Part shown: in pieces, positions 27,701 through 36,377 of the stretch | Layout: each line of letters opens with the position of its first letter | Numbering within the stretch: the stretch's first letter is position 1 | Sequence record: NC_047979.1 | From: Escherichia phage Gostya9 | Length of the DNA stretch: 64,000 bases | Direction: 5' to 3' (one strand) | Notes under the pieces: model-generated | Database searches by the model: none | Seen by the model: the letters and a program-made list of their open reading frames with translations, nothing else | Told to the model about the DNA's origin: nothing | Made by a program: the position numbers and the translations under genes

Positions 27701-28347
27701 ACTTTGGTCAATTCCCACAGCTTAAGCGTTGGATTGATAAGTGCCACGATCAAATCAAGAATCATGGGTTTATCTATAGTCACTTTGGTCGTAAACGTCG
27801 TCTACATAATATCCACTCTGAAGACCGTGGCGTTCAGGGTGAAGAAATTCGTTCTGGGTTTAACGCAATCATTCAGTCTGCTTCTTCTGATAGTCTCCTT
27901 TTAGGTGCTGTAGATGCAGATAATGAGATCATTTCTCTTGGCCTAGAACAAGAGATGAAGATTGTTATGCTGGTTCATGACTCCGTAGTTGCTATTGTTC
28001 GTGAAGACTTGATTGATCAATACAATGAAATTCTGATTCGTAATATTCAGAAAGACCGTGGTATCAGTATTCCTGGCTGTCCGATTGGTATTGATTCAGA
28101 TTCTGAAGCTGGAGGTTCTCGTGACTATTCTTGTGGTAAGATGAAGAAACAGCACCCATCAATCGCTTGTATTGATGATGACGAATATACTCGTTACGTT
28201 AAAGAAATGCTTCTTGATTCTGAATTCGAGTATAAGAAATTAGCTGCAATGGATAAAGAGCATCCAGATCATAGCAAATACAAGGATGATAAGTTTATTG
28301 CTGTATGTAAGGATCTGGATAACGTGAAAAGGGTTCTCGGTGCTTAA
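24703..28347 (+). CDS. Family A DNA polymerase with 3'-5' exonuclease domain, interrupted in-frame by an intein
   Basis: Exo I VAFDSETSALY; pol motif B RQAAKAITFGILYGSG; motif C LVHDSVV. 1214 aa in total; 855 aa once the 359-aa intein is removed. TTG start with aagaggaga RBS. Confidence 0.9.
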   Translation: MKIAVVDKALNNTRYDKHFQLYGEEVDVFHMCNEKLSGRLLKKHITIGTPENPFDPNDYDFVILVGAEPFLYFAGKKGIGDYTGKRVEYNGYANWIASISPAQLHFKPEMKPVFDATVESIHDIINGREKIAKAGDYRPITDPDEAEEYIKMVYNMVIGPVAFDSETSALYCRDGYLLGVSISHQEYQGVYIDSDCLTEVAVYYLQKILDSENHIIVFHNLKFDMHFYKYHLGLTFDKAHKERRLHDTMLQHYVLDERRGTHGLKSLAMKYTDMGDYDFELDKFKDDYCKAHKIKKEDFTYDLIPFDIMWPYACLTHDSQVRMASGNWKTIGELVRTKSTEAVVSFNESTGQFENKPITGWYKNEHKSKQWKKLIVKSQQRNSKGTINGPVFTPDHRVLTQNGYIEVQDIIPGQDKILTEELALPSDSKQVLMASLFGDGALVSRNNWGAGLQLTQSEAHKEYLDFKAASQVETPTLSSSTKGDKKAYTYSFPYTSEYSDLFSTLEVRDNTTKYKLKITKKNLEGLDEKALAIWYQDDGNLPQGNARIWSRTVADCKEEQQNFIEWCKNLGITARYHNDGENNQFFVLDNEELFPLIAPYMHSSMAYKVPERFKHLVGTGTWDFSTSKYYYAEVYGVEDWVVPASRRGYSTSWCIDVKDNHNFVTKVGVVHNCKDTDATIRLHNFFLPKIEKNEKLCSLYYDVLMPGCVFLQRVEDRGVPISIDRLKEAQYQLTHNLNKAREKLYTYPEVKQLEQDQNEAFNPNSVKQLRVLLFDYVGLTPTGKLTDTGADSTDAEALNELATQHPIAKTLLEIRKLTKLISTYVEKILLSIDADGCIRTGFHEHMTTSGRLSSSGKLNLQQLPRDESIIKGCVVAPPGYRVIAWDLTTAEVYYAAVLSGDRNMQQVFINMRNEPDKYPDFHSNIAHMVFKLQCEPRDVKKLFPALRQAAKAITFGILYGSGPAKVAHSVNEALLEQAAKTGEPFVECTVADAKEYIETYFGQFPQLKRWIDKCHDQIKNHGFIYSHFGRKRRLHNIHSEDRGVQGEEIRSGFNAIIQSASSDSLLLGAVDADNEIISLGLEQEMKIVMLVHDSVVAIVREDLIDQYNEILIRNIQKDRGISIPGCPIGIDSDSEAGGSRDYSCGKMKKQHPSIACIDDDEYTRYVKEMLLDSEFEYKKLAAMDKEHPDHSKYKDDKFIAVCKDLDNVKRVLGA
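25642..26718 (+). mobile_element. Intein with LAGLIDADG homing endonuclease inside the DNA polymerase
   Basis: Block A CLTHDSQVRMASG begins at Cys; block B FTPDHRVL; two LAGLIDADG motifs (LMASLFGDGAL, LAIWYQDDGNL); blocks F/G VKDNHNFVTKVGVVHN followed by +1 Cys (CKDTDA). Confidence 0.85.
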
Positions 28348-28837
28348 TTTCAAATTGCCCGTCTATGCGTTACGGGCGTTTGTATCAATTGAGCAAGAAG
28401 GTGATTATTCCGTAATTACAACAAGATATAATAAATATGTGCTAGATAACAGGAAGTTGCCTGGCACGTTTTCTCAACGTAGGCTTATTCTATTTGAGAA
28501 ACGGAAAGAATTACCATATAAGCTCTATCCTATTAGAGGTAGAATATCAATGTTGTCTCAATTAGTTGGGTCAAAGCGTAACCAATTTATAGATTCTGAT
28601 GGAAATCTTATTAATTGGAAGAAAACAACGTTCTACGATGTTGTCACCTCTAAAGTTTTGCATTCAGCTAGAATTTACAATGGAAAATACCAATGCTACG
28701 TGGCTAAAGTCCCTTATCCATTTGTATTATCCTATGTTCCAGCTTATATAAGCTATATTCTGGTAAATAATAGCCCTGTTATTTATCAAGTCCATCAAGA
28801 GGAGCCTGAAATTCCTAGACTTAGAATAAAATTATGA
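28340..28837 (+). CDS. Hypothetical protein (about 165 aa), AT-rich
   Basis: GTG start with aaaaggg RBS overlapping the polymerase stop; composition is more AT-rich than the flanking replication genes. Confidence 0.4.
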   Translation: MLNFKLPVYALRAFVSIEQEGDYSVITTRYNKYVLDNRKLPGTFSQRRLILFEKRKELPYKLYPIRGRISMLSQLVGSKRNQFIDSDGNLINWKKTTFYDVVTSKVLHSARIYNGKYQCYVAKVPYPFVLSYVPAYISYILVNNSPVIYQVHQEEPEIPRLRIKL

Positions 28838-30186
28838 AGGTTGTTATATCTAATAAAGCCTATTTCAAGCCCGATGATGAACTTTGGGATTATTGTAGTA
28901 AGCAAACCACTTACCACATAGAGACAATGACTAGTAAATACCCTATTATGTATAAGAATAGTGGTGTTGTTGCCAAAGAGATTAAGTGGATTCCTATTAC
29001 GCGTCTGGATTTACTAGATGCTAAAGGAATAAAATACGAATTAGTTGATAAACGCACGTTAGCTCCGGTAGATATACCAAAACCGTCGTTTAAACTGCGT
29101 GAAGAAGATCAGCTTCCAATATACGAAGAGTGCGATGATACCTGCATTATTAATGGTAAGCCTGGATTTGGTAAAACTATCCTAGCACTTGCACTTGCGT
29201 ATAAATTTGGCCAGAAAACTTTGGTAATCTGTACGAATACATCCATTCGTGAAATGTGGGCGGCGGAAGTTCGTAAATGGTTTGGGTTTGAACCGGGCAT
29301 CATAGGTTCTGGGAAATACAATATCGATCCACCAATTGTAGTCAGTAATATTCAAACAGTGAATAAGCATGCGAATAATCTTTCTAAAGTATTCGGTACT
29401 GTTATAGTTGATGAAGTTCACCATTGTGTAGCTACAACTTTCACTAACTTCCTAGAAATATCATGTGCTCGCTATAAAATTGGACTATCCGGCACACTAA
29501 AACGTAAGGATGGCTTGCAAGTTATGTTCAAAGATTTCTTTGGATATAAAATCTTTAGTCCTCCAGTTAATAATACTGTTGCTCCTACAATCCACAGGTA
29601 CTCCGTACCAGTTGAATTGTCTGGAAACCAAAACGTACCGTGGGCATTACGTGCTAACGATGTGTATAACCATCCTGAATATCGAGGGGCTATTATAAAC
29701 CTAGCACATTTATATGTGAATATGGGGCATAAAGTACTCATTGTAAGTGATAGAACAGAGTTAATCCAAACAGTACTAGAAGCTCTTACGCAGCGGGGTG
29801 TCACAACCTATGAAATTATAGGGGCAACCCACTTAGATGACCGATTAAAAATTCAGGAAGATATAGCAAAAGGTGGGCCTTGTGTACTTGCAGCAGCTCA
29901 AAGTATCTTCTCTGAAGGTATTTCCCTTAATGAGCTATCTTGTTTAATAATGGGAAGCCTCATTAATAATGAATCTCTCATTGAACAGCTTGCAGGCCGT
30001 GTTCAACGTATTGTCGATGGTAAACTCGACCCTATTGTTGTAGATCTAATTATGAAAGGTGGCACTGGACTAAGACAGGCTTCTGGACGTATGGCAGTAT
30101 ACCGTAACAATGGGTGGAAAACTATTACTATGACTCCTGAGAAAGCAGTTCAATTAGCCAAAATTGCATTTGGCAACAGCTCATAA
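28834..30186 (+). CDS. DEAH-box DNA helicase (superfamily 2)
   Basis: Walker A NGKPGFGKTILA; DEAH box VIVDEVHH; helicase C-terminal domain. Confidence 0.8.
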   Translation: MKVVISNKAYFKPDDELWDYCSKQTTYHIETMTSKYPIMYKNSGVVAKEIKWIPITRLDLLDAKGIKYELVDKRTLAPVDIPKPSFKLREEDQLPIYEECDDTCIINGKPGFGKTILALALAYKFGQKTLVICTNTSIREMWAAEVRKWFGFEPGIIGSGKYNIDPPIVVSNIQTVNKHANNLSKVFGTVIVDEVHHCVATTFTNFLEISCARYKIGLSGTLKRKDGLQVMFKDFFGYKIFSPPVNNTVAPTIHRYSVPVELSGNQNVPWALRANDVYNHPEYRGAIINLAHLYVNMGHKVLIVSDRTELIQTVLEALTQRGVTTYEIIGATHLDDRLKIQEDIAKGGPCVLAAAQSIFSEGISLNELSCLIMGSLINNESLIEQLAGRVQRIVDGKLDPIVVDLIMKGGTGLRQASGRMAVYRNNGWKTITMTPEKAVQLAKIAFGNSS

Positions 30187-30198
30187 ATGATGTATAAT
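30170..30198 (+). promoter_or_regulatory. Early promoter TTGGCA-17-TGTATAAT (first copy of a tandem pair)
   Basis: tgTATAATatatacataaatttgagagagaaag, followed by a hairpin (ttcgga...tccgaa). Confidence 0.45.
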
Positions 30199-30269
30199 AT
30201 ATACATAAATTTGAGAGAGAAAGTTTCGGATTGATAAGAAAGTCCGAAGCAGAAAAATAAAAATTTTAG

Positions 30270-30299
30270 TTGCTAAATTCTCTTGAAATCTAGTATAAT
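30270..30299 (+). promoter_or_regulatory. Early promoter TTGCTA-18-TATAAT (second copy)
   Basis: aaaattttagTTGCTAaattctcttgaaatctagTATAATatatacataaattcgaggag. Confidence 0.5.
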
Positions 30300-30406
30300 A
30301 TATACATAAATTCGAGGAGAAAACAAAAATTAAATTCTTCGATTATGAAAGGCTATATTTACTAGCTAGAGGAAATTCCGACCTAATTATTAAGCTATTC
30401 AAAAGA

Positions 30407-30691
30407 ATGCTTACAGAGCCTGATGCTCACCAATTATTGGTCGGTTCCTCATTCATTTTGAATGAATCAACAATAGTTGATAATCCAAATAAATTGTCTA
30501 ATAGACAACTGGCAGAATATCTAGGAATTTTAAGTCTACGAAATTATGCCGAATACAAGTTTACAAACGATCCTAGTTTGGACATACAATATGTTCCAGT
30601 ATGGATACCACGTTTAGTAATCGACACTAACCCACTAATCGCAATTAACAAATCGAAATTAATCTTTAAAGAGGAAATAAAATATGGCTAA
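30407..30691 (+). CDS. Hypothetical protein (94 aa)
   Basis: ORF downstream of the tandem promoters; no RBS or motif recognised. Confidence 0.35.
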   Translation: MLTEPDAHQLLVGSSFILNESTIVDNPNKLSNRQLAEYLGILSLRNYAEYKFTNDPSLDIQYVPVWIPRLVIDTNPLIAINKSKLIFKEEIKYG

Positions 30692-31457
30692 GTCTTGGGG
30701 CGAAACTACTGGCGGTTCTAACGATAAAATCGAATTCCTGAAGTTCAATAACGGTATCACTCGTGTTCGTATCGTTTCTGGTGTTCTTCCACGTTATGTT
30801 TATTGGCTGACTAATAAAGAAGGTGGCGTAGCTCCTTTCGAATGTCTCCGTTTTAACCGTGACAAAGAGAGCTTTGTTCGTGGTAAAGCTGATCCGGTTC
30901 ATGAGATGGGCTTCTTTGAGAAAGAGCTGGATAAAGATGGTAATCGCGTTCCACTGAAACCGAAGAAAAACTATATCGCTTTTGTTATCGACCGTTCTGA
31001 TAACAAACTGAAAGTAATGGAAGTCAAAGCTACTATTCTGAAAGGCATCCAGTCTATCATGAAACAGTTGAATCTGGCAACTCCGTTTGATATTGATATT
31101 TCTATCGAGAAAAAAGGCAAAGGTTTCGATACTGAGTATGATGTACAGCAGATTGCTGCTATGCAGTTCCAGATTAAGCTACAAGATCCTAACAGTGCAG
31201 AATCTAAGCAATATGCTGCAGATGTAGATCTGATTGGTGAAGCTATGTGTGATGAAGATGGCGACATCATTAAGTTCGAGAAAGTTCCTTCTCTGGAACA
31301 AACCTATCCGGTTCCTACCTATGAAGAGCAGAAAGAAGCAATTCAAGCCTTCATGGAAGGTCGTGAGAATAAAGATGATGATGCCAAGTCTGGTAATAGC
31401 AATGCTGGTTCCCAGAAAGGTATTGACCAAGAAGCTGCAAGCGATCTGGACGACTAA
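30684..31457 (+). CDS. Highly expressed early protein with acidic C-terminal tail, possible ssDNA-binding protein
   Basis: gaggaaataaaatATG RBS; optimal-codon bias; C-terminus ...SGNSNAGSQKGIDQEAASDLDD is acidic like SSB tails; followed by a terminator. Confidence 0.4.
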   Translation: MAKSWGETTGGSNDKIEFLKFNNGITRVRIVSGVLPRYVYWLTNKEGGVAPFECLRFNRDKESFVRGKADPVHEMGFFEKELDKDGNRVPLKPKKNYIAFVIDRSDNKLKVMEVKATILKGIQSIMKQLNLATPFDIDISIEKKGKGFDTEYDVQQIAAMQFQIKLQDPNSAESKQYAADVDLIGEAMCDEDGDIIKFEKVPSLEQTYPVPTYEEQKEAIQAFMEGRENKDDDAKSGNSNAGSQKGIDQEAASDLDD

Positions 31458-31463
31458 TAAATA

Positions 31464-31488
31464 GAGGGGCTTCGGCCCCTTTCTTTTT
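31464..31488 (+). terminator. Rho-independent terminator
   Basis: ggggc-ttcg-gcccc followed by tttcttttt. Confidence 0.65.
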
Positions 31489-31493
31489 AACTT

Positions 31494-32471
31494 ATGAGAA
31501 TATTATTTAGTGCTGATCATCATATTAAGCTGGGCCAAGATAAGATACCCAAAGAATGGCAGAAGCGTCGCTTCCTGATGCTAGGGGAACGGTTAAATGA
31601 TATATTCCATAATCATAACTGTGATCTTCATATTATTGGTGGTGATTTATTTGATCATTCCGACCCGTCGTCGGAAGAAGTAGAACTTCTAGAAAAATTT
31701 ATGTCTAGGCTAGATCATATAGGAATGGTATTTACAGGTAATCATGAATTAATAACTAAAACCATTTCATGTCTATACCATTATGCGGGAGTTATTAATA
31801 AAGTAACTAGTGGAAAGTGGGAAGTAATTACCAAACCATATCGTTCCCCTGAATTTGATATTGTTCCGTATGATGAGATTCATAAACCCAAGTGGAAACC
31901 TGCTGAATCAAAACTATGTTTCACGCATGTTCGTGGCGAAATCCCTCCACATGTAAAACCAGAAATTGATCTAACTAAGTACAACTGTTATGATACTGTA
32001 ATTGCTGGCGATCTACATTCTTATACTAATAGCCAGACTATCGGATCTACCAGACTTCTCTACCCAGGGTCTCCATTAACTACATCGTTCCATAGAGAAC
32101 GCACAAAAGGTACGAATGGTTGCTTTATCATTGATACCGACACATTAAAAGTAGAATGGATTGAACTAGGTGATTTACCACAACTGATTCGTAAAACAAT
32201 CGGAGCTGGTGAAGAAATGGAACCTAGTGATTATGATCGTGTAGTCTACGAAGTTACTGGTGACGTTGTTCAATTAAAGTCTATCAAAGACTCTGATTTA
32301 TTAGATAAGAAGATTAACCATCGAGTTACTAAAGACGCTAAGTTAAATCTTGTTGATCTTGATATGTTAGGTGAACTTGAACTTTACTTCCGTGAAGTTG
32401 AGAAGCTACCTCAAGGCGACATTGATAGAATCTTGGCTAGAGCTGCGAAATATGTCAAAGATTACAATTAA
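31494..32471 (+). CDS. SbcD/Mre11-like nuclease (calcineurin-like phosphoesterase)
   Basis: Metallophosphatase motifs ILFSADHH, GGDLFDH, GNHE. Confidence 0.8.
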   Translation: MRILFSADHHIKLGQDKIPKEWQKRRFLMLGERLNDIFHNHNCDLHIIGGDLFDHSDPSSEEVELLEKFMSRLDHIGMVFTGNHELITKTISCLYHYAGVINKVTSGKWEVITKPYRSPEFDIVPYDEIHKPKWKPAESKLCFTHVRGEIPPHVKPEIDLTKYNCYDTVIAGDLHSYTNSQTIGSTRLLYPGSPLTTSFHRERTKGTNGCFIIDTDTLKVEWIELGDLPQLIRKTIGAGEEMEPSDYDRVVYEVTGDVVQLKSIKDSDLLDKKINHRVTKDAKLNLVDLDMLGELELYFREVEKLPQGDIDRILARAAKYVKDYN

Positions 32472-34290
32472 GACACTAAAATTTAGTAACGTTATGTCTT
32501 ACGGTAAGGACATCGTAATTCATTTCGATAAGAATCCAGTTACTCAACTAATTGGCGGCAATGGGCTAGGGAAATCCACTATCGCCACTGTTATAGAAGA
32601 GCTATTCTATAATAAAAATTCTCGCGGTATCAAGAAGGATGCATTGTTCTCTTGGAATGCCCCTAAGAAAGAATACGATATGCACGCTTATTTCTCGAAA
32701 GATGATGATGAGTATGAGCTGCATAAAGTTGTCAAGTCAACTGCTAAGGTTACACTCATTAAGAATGGGGAAGATATTAGTGGACATACGGCAACCCAAA
32801 CATATAAGATGATTGAGGAGATTATGGGTGGTGACTTTCAAACATTCACCAAACTGATTTATCAATCAGTGGGTTCCAACCTAGACTTTCTAAAAGCAAC
32901 GGATGCAACACGTAAAGCGTTTCTTGTTAATTTGTTCAATCAAGAGCAATACAAAGAAATGTCGGAAACTATTAAGGCTGACCGTAAAGAAATAGCAAAT
33001 ACCTTAAATAATTTGCAGGGCCAAATGGCTGTAATTACGAAAATCCTTAATGGAAAAAATAATCTAGGAACTTTGCAGGAACCTGTAGAAGTACCGGAGT
33101 TTAATGAAGAGCCATTAGCACAAGAACTTACTGAATCGAAAATTAAGGCGGCATTAGCCAAGTCTCAAGAGGCTAATATTACTAAGTTGCGTAATTTGGA
33201 CAAAGCTGTACAAGTTGCCGAACAATCTTTCGAACCTTTCAAAAATTTGCCCGCGCCCACCGACCAAAATGAAGAGATCTCAAGTGTTACGCGTGACCTA
33301 ACGATTGTGACCTCACGTGCGAGCGAAGTTAAGAAACGTTATCAGAAGTTCAAGCAAGAGGCTTCAAATACTGAATGCCCTACTTGCGGTACTCATCTGG
33401 ATACAACTGCTGCTCAAAAAGCAATGGATATGGCTAGAACAGAATATGATCCTCTGTTCAAAGAGAAGCAGTCTCTTGAAGCTAAGCTAGAACAGTTGAA
33501 GAAAGAACAACTTGAGTACGTTGCGTATACTAGAGCAAAAGATGCTTTGGATAAAGCAGTGGCAGCTAGAGACGAGTTCAAAAATTCAATGAGTGATGCT
33601 TCTTTTGAAGAACTCAATGTGCAAATCCTACAGGTGCAAATCCGACAATTAGAACAGGAAATCGCTGATGGCCGCTCTAAAGTTGCGATTGCCAAAGAGC
33701 ATAATGCAAATGTCGAATTAGCTAATGCAAAATATAAAGCGAAACTAGAACAGATTGAGAAAGCTGAAGCAGAAATGACTGAGATTACTTCCAAACTTGA
33801 TGGAGTAGCCGAAGCTGTAGCTGATCTTGATATTCTAATTGCTGCTTTGAAAAATCTGGTAGGATATAAACTAGAGCATAGTGTGAAAGTATTTGAAGAA
33901 CTAATTAATAAATACCTTTCCATTATGACTGGTGGTAAATTCGCACTTGGATTTGAGCTTGATGAAACGAAATTACAAGTAGTAATCTTCAATGATGGAA
34001 ACCGTACCAGTATGGAGAACTGCTCTACTGGTCAGCAAAGTCGAATTAATCTAGCAACCCTGCTAGCTATTCGGATGCTGTTAACATCTATTAGTAAAGT
34101 TAATATTAATCTTCTATTCCTTGATGAGGTAATTAGCTTTATTGATACGAAAGGACTTGATACTCTCGTTGAACTATTAAATGAGGAAGAAAGTCTAAAT
34201 TCTATCATTGTTTCTCACGGGCATACGCATCCATTGGCTCATAAGATTACTGTCAAGAAAGATGCAGAAGGATTTTCCTACTTAGAATAA
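32452..34290 (+). CDS. SbcC/Rad50-like ATPase
   Basis: N-terminal Walker A GGNGLGKSTI; long coiled-coil middle with a CPTCG zinc hook-like motif; C-terminal Walker B LLFLDEV. Start taken at ATG 32452; the track start is further upstream. Confidence 0.75.
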   Translation: MSKITIKTLKFSNVMSYGKDIVIHFDKNPVTQLIGGNGLGKSTIATVIEELFYNKNSRGIKKDALFSWNAPKKEYDMHAYFSKDDDEYELHKVVKSTAKVTLIKNGEDISGHTATQTYKMIEEIMGGDFQTFTKLIYQSVGSNLDFLKATDATRKAFLVNLFNQEQYKEMSETIKADRKEIANTLNNLQGQMAVITKILNGKNNLGTLQEPVEVPEFNEEPLAQELTESKIKAALAKSQEANITKLRNLDKAVQVAEQSFEPFKNLPAPTDQNEEISSVTRDLTIVTSRASEVKKRYQKFKQEASNTECPTCGTHLDTTAAQKAMDMARTEYDPLFKEKQSLEAKLEQLKKEQLEYVAYTRAKDALDKAVAARDEFKNSMSDASFEELNVQILQVQIRQLEQEIADGRSKVAIAKEHNANVELANAKYKAKLEQIEKAEAEMTEITSKLDGVAEAVADLDILIAALKNLVGYKLEHSVKVFEELINKYLSIMTGGKFALGFELDETKLQVVIFNDGNRTSMENCSTGQQSRINLATLLAIRMLLTSISKVNINLLFLDEVISFIDTKGLDTLVELLNEEESLNSIIVSHGHTHPLAHKITVKKDAEGFSYLE

Positions 34291-34293
34291 AAC

Positions 34294-34776
34294 ATGGCCG
34301 TAGATAGTAGAGAGAAAGGCAAACGTGGTGAATATCAGGTAAGAGATATTCTACGTGAGCGTACTGGTCTTGAGTGGGAACGTGTTCCAGGCTCTGGTGC
34401 TTTTGGCCAGAGCCACGGACTGAAAGGTGACATTTACCTTCCCCCACAAAGTGGACATATTAGTAAATACTGCTTCGAAGTTAAGTGGTATAAAGACGAC
34501 GCATTATCAAGTAATTTATTTAATGTTGGTGAATCCACTCTAGAGAAGTGGTGGCAGCAGTGCTCACGTGAAGGTGAGCAGATGAACTCCAAACCTGCAT
34601 TAATATTCAAAAAAGACAGAGGACAGTGGTTAATAGCTTTGGATAGCTCAGACCCGATGGTTGACAACTTAATGAGTCGTACCCATATGGTGTTAAATAA
34701 GAAAGATATGGAAATTGTAATAGGGTTGTTTGAACCGTGGCTACATCATGCATCTGTTGAGGACTTAATTAAATAA
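34294..34776 (+). CDS. Putative PD-(D/E)xK-type nuclease (160 aa)
   Basis: GDIYLP...FEVKWYK resembles a D...E.K restriction-fold core; lies between the SbcCD-like genes and the flap endonuclease. Confidence 0.35.
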   Translation: MAVDSREKGKRGEYQVRDILRERTGLEWERVPGSGAFGQSHGLKGDIYLPPQSGHISKYCFEVKWYKDDALSSNLFNVGESTLEKWWQQCSREGEQMNSKPALIFKKDRGQWLIALDSSDPMVDNLMSRTHMVLNKKDMEIVIGLFEPWLHHASVEDLIK

Positions 34777-35651
34777 TGAGTAAATCCTGGGGAAAATTTA
34801 TTGAAGAAGAGGAAGCTGAAATGGCTTCCCGTCGCAACCTAATGATTGTCGATGGAACTAACTTAGGCTTTCGCTTCAAACATAATAATAGTAAGAAACC
34901 ATTTGCCTCAAGTTATGTTTCCACTATTCAGTCTCTGGCAAAGTCTTATTCTGCTAGAACTACAATAGTTTTAGGGGATAAGGGGAAATCTGTATTTCGT
35001 CTAGAACATCTACCAGAGTATAAAGGTAATCGTGATGAAAAGTACGCACAACGTACGGAAGAGGAGAAAGCATTAGATGAGCAGTTCTTTGAGTATTTGA
35101 AAGATGCTTTCGAGTTGTGTGAAACTACATTCCCAACTTTTACCATTCGTGGCGTAGAAGCAGATGATATGGCAGCTTATATTGTTAAACTCATCGGGCA
35201 TTTATATGATCACGTTTGGTTGATTTCTACTGACGGTGACTGGGATACCTTATTAACTGATAAAGTTTCTCGTTTCTCTTTCACAACACGTCGTGAATAC
35301 CACCTTCGTGATATGTATGAGCACCATAATGTTGACGATGTAGAGCAGTTTATCTCTCTAAAAGCAATTATGGGTGATCTAGGGGATAATATTCGTGGTG
35401 TTGAAGGTATTGGGGCAAAACGCGGGTATAACATTATTCGTGAATTCGGTAACGTTCTGGATATTATTGATCAGCTTCCACTGCCTGGAAAACAGAAATA
35501 TATACAGAATTTAAATGCTTCGGAAGAATTGCTCTATCGAAACTTAATTCTGGTTGATTTACCAACCTACTGTGTAGACGCTATTGCTGCTGTAGGTCAA
35601 GACGTATTAGATAAGTTTACAAAAGATATTTTGGAGATTGCAGAACAATGA
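34776..35651 (+). CDS. Flap endonuclease / 5'-3' exonuclease
   Basis: N-terminal MIVDGTNLGFRF and acidic metal-binding clusters of the FEN/5'-nuclease family; 291 aa. Confidence 0.8.
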   Translation: MSKSWGKFIEEEEAEMASRRNLMIVDGTNLGFRFKHNNSKKPFASSYVSTIQSLAKSYSARTTIVLGDKGKSVFRLEHLPEYKGNRDEKYAQRTEEEKALDEQFFEYLKDAFELCETTFPTFTIRGVEADDMAAYIVKLIGHLYDHVWLISTDGDWDTLLTDKVSRFSFTTRREYHLRDMYEHHNVDDVEQFISLKAIMGDLGDNIRGVEGIGAKRGYNIIREFGNVLDIIDQLPLPGKQKYIQNLNASEELLYRNLILVDLPTYCVDAIAAVGQDVLDKFTKDILEIAEQ

Positions 35652-36094
35652 TTAAAATTAAGTTAACTCATCCAGATTGTATGCCTAAGATTGGTTCCGA
35701 AGATGCCGCAGGTATGGATCTGCGAGCATTCTTTGGTACTAACCCTGCAGCGGATTTACGTGCTATTGCACCAGGCAAATCCCTAATGATTGACACCGGT
35801 GTCGCGGTAGAAATTCCGCGAGGTTGGTTCGGTTTGGTGGTTCCGCGTAGTTCTTTAGGAAAGCGCCATTTGATGATCGCAAACACCGCAGGAGTGATCG
35901 ACTCAGACTATCGTGGTACTATTAAGATGAACCTTTATAACTACGGTTCTGAAATTCAAACTCTGGAGAATTTTGAAAGACTTTGCCAACTAGTGGTACT
36001 ACCACATTACTCAACTCATAACTTTAAAATCGTTGACGAACTAGGGGAGACTAATCGTGGGGAAGGCGGATTTGGAAGTTCAGGAAGTAAATAA
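35648..36094 (+). CDS. dut: dUTPase
   Basis: dUTPase motifs AGMDLRA and GVIDSDYRG; 148 aa. Confidence 0.85.
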   Translation: MIKIKLTHPDCMPKIGSEDAAGMDLRAFFGTNPAADLRAIAPGKSLMIDTGVAVEIPRGWFGLVVPRSSLGKRHLMIANTAGVIDSDYRGTIKMNLYNYGSEIQTLENFERLCQLVVLPHYSTHNFKIVDELGETNRGEGGFGSSGSK

Positions 36095-36320
36095 TTTTAC
36101 TGATCCTAATATGGTAGGTATTGATACTAATGTGTCAACTTATCAGACTAAAACTACTGAACCAGAAACATTTATACTAAAAACAGACAAAGAAGGTAAT
36201 GTTACTTTCTGGGATCCTGAAGGTTTTGTAGAGCTTTGTACTAATACAGATAATGAGCAGTTAAAATTACTACTAACTATTTATAATCTTGGTATTATAG
36301 AAGGTTGTAGAAGAGAATAA
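36057..36320 (+). CDS. Hypothetical small protein
   Basis: ORF overlapping the dut 3' end (alternative start); last plus-strand ORF before the convergent terminator. Confidence 0.3.
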   Translation: MGKADLEVQEVNNFTDPNMVGIDTNVSTYQTKTTEPETFILKTDKEGNVTFWDPEGFVELCTNTDNEQLKLLLTIYNLGIIEGCRRE

Positions 36321-36323
36321 TAG

Positions 36324-36358
36324 AAAACCCCAGTGGACAAAATCCACTGGGGTTTTAT
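36324..36358. terminator. Bidirectional terminator where the early (plus) and late (minus) blocks converge
   Basis: 14-bp perfect stem aaaaccccagtgga / tccactggggtttt with loop caaaa; A-run on one side and T-run on the other. Confidence 0.7.
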
Positions 36359-36377
36359 TGTACTTAGCATCATAAAA

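Noticed and set aside
33414-33992. 192-aa minus-strand ORF inside the SbcC/Rad50-like gene
   Set aside because: Antisense to a gene with clear Walker motifs; Ser/Cys-rich low-complexity translation typical of antisense coiled-coil DNA.
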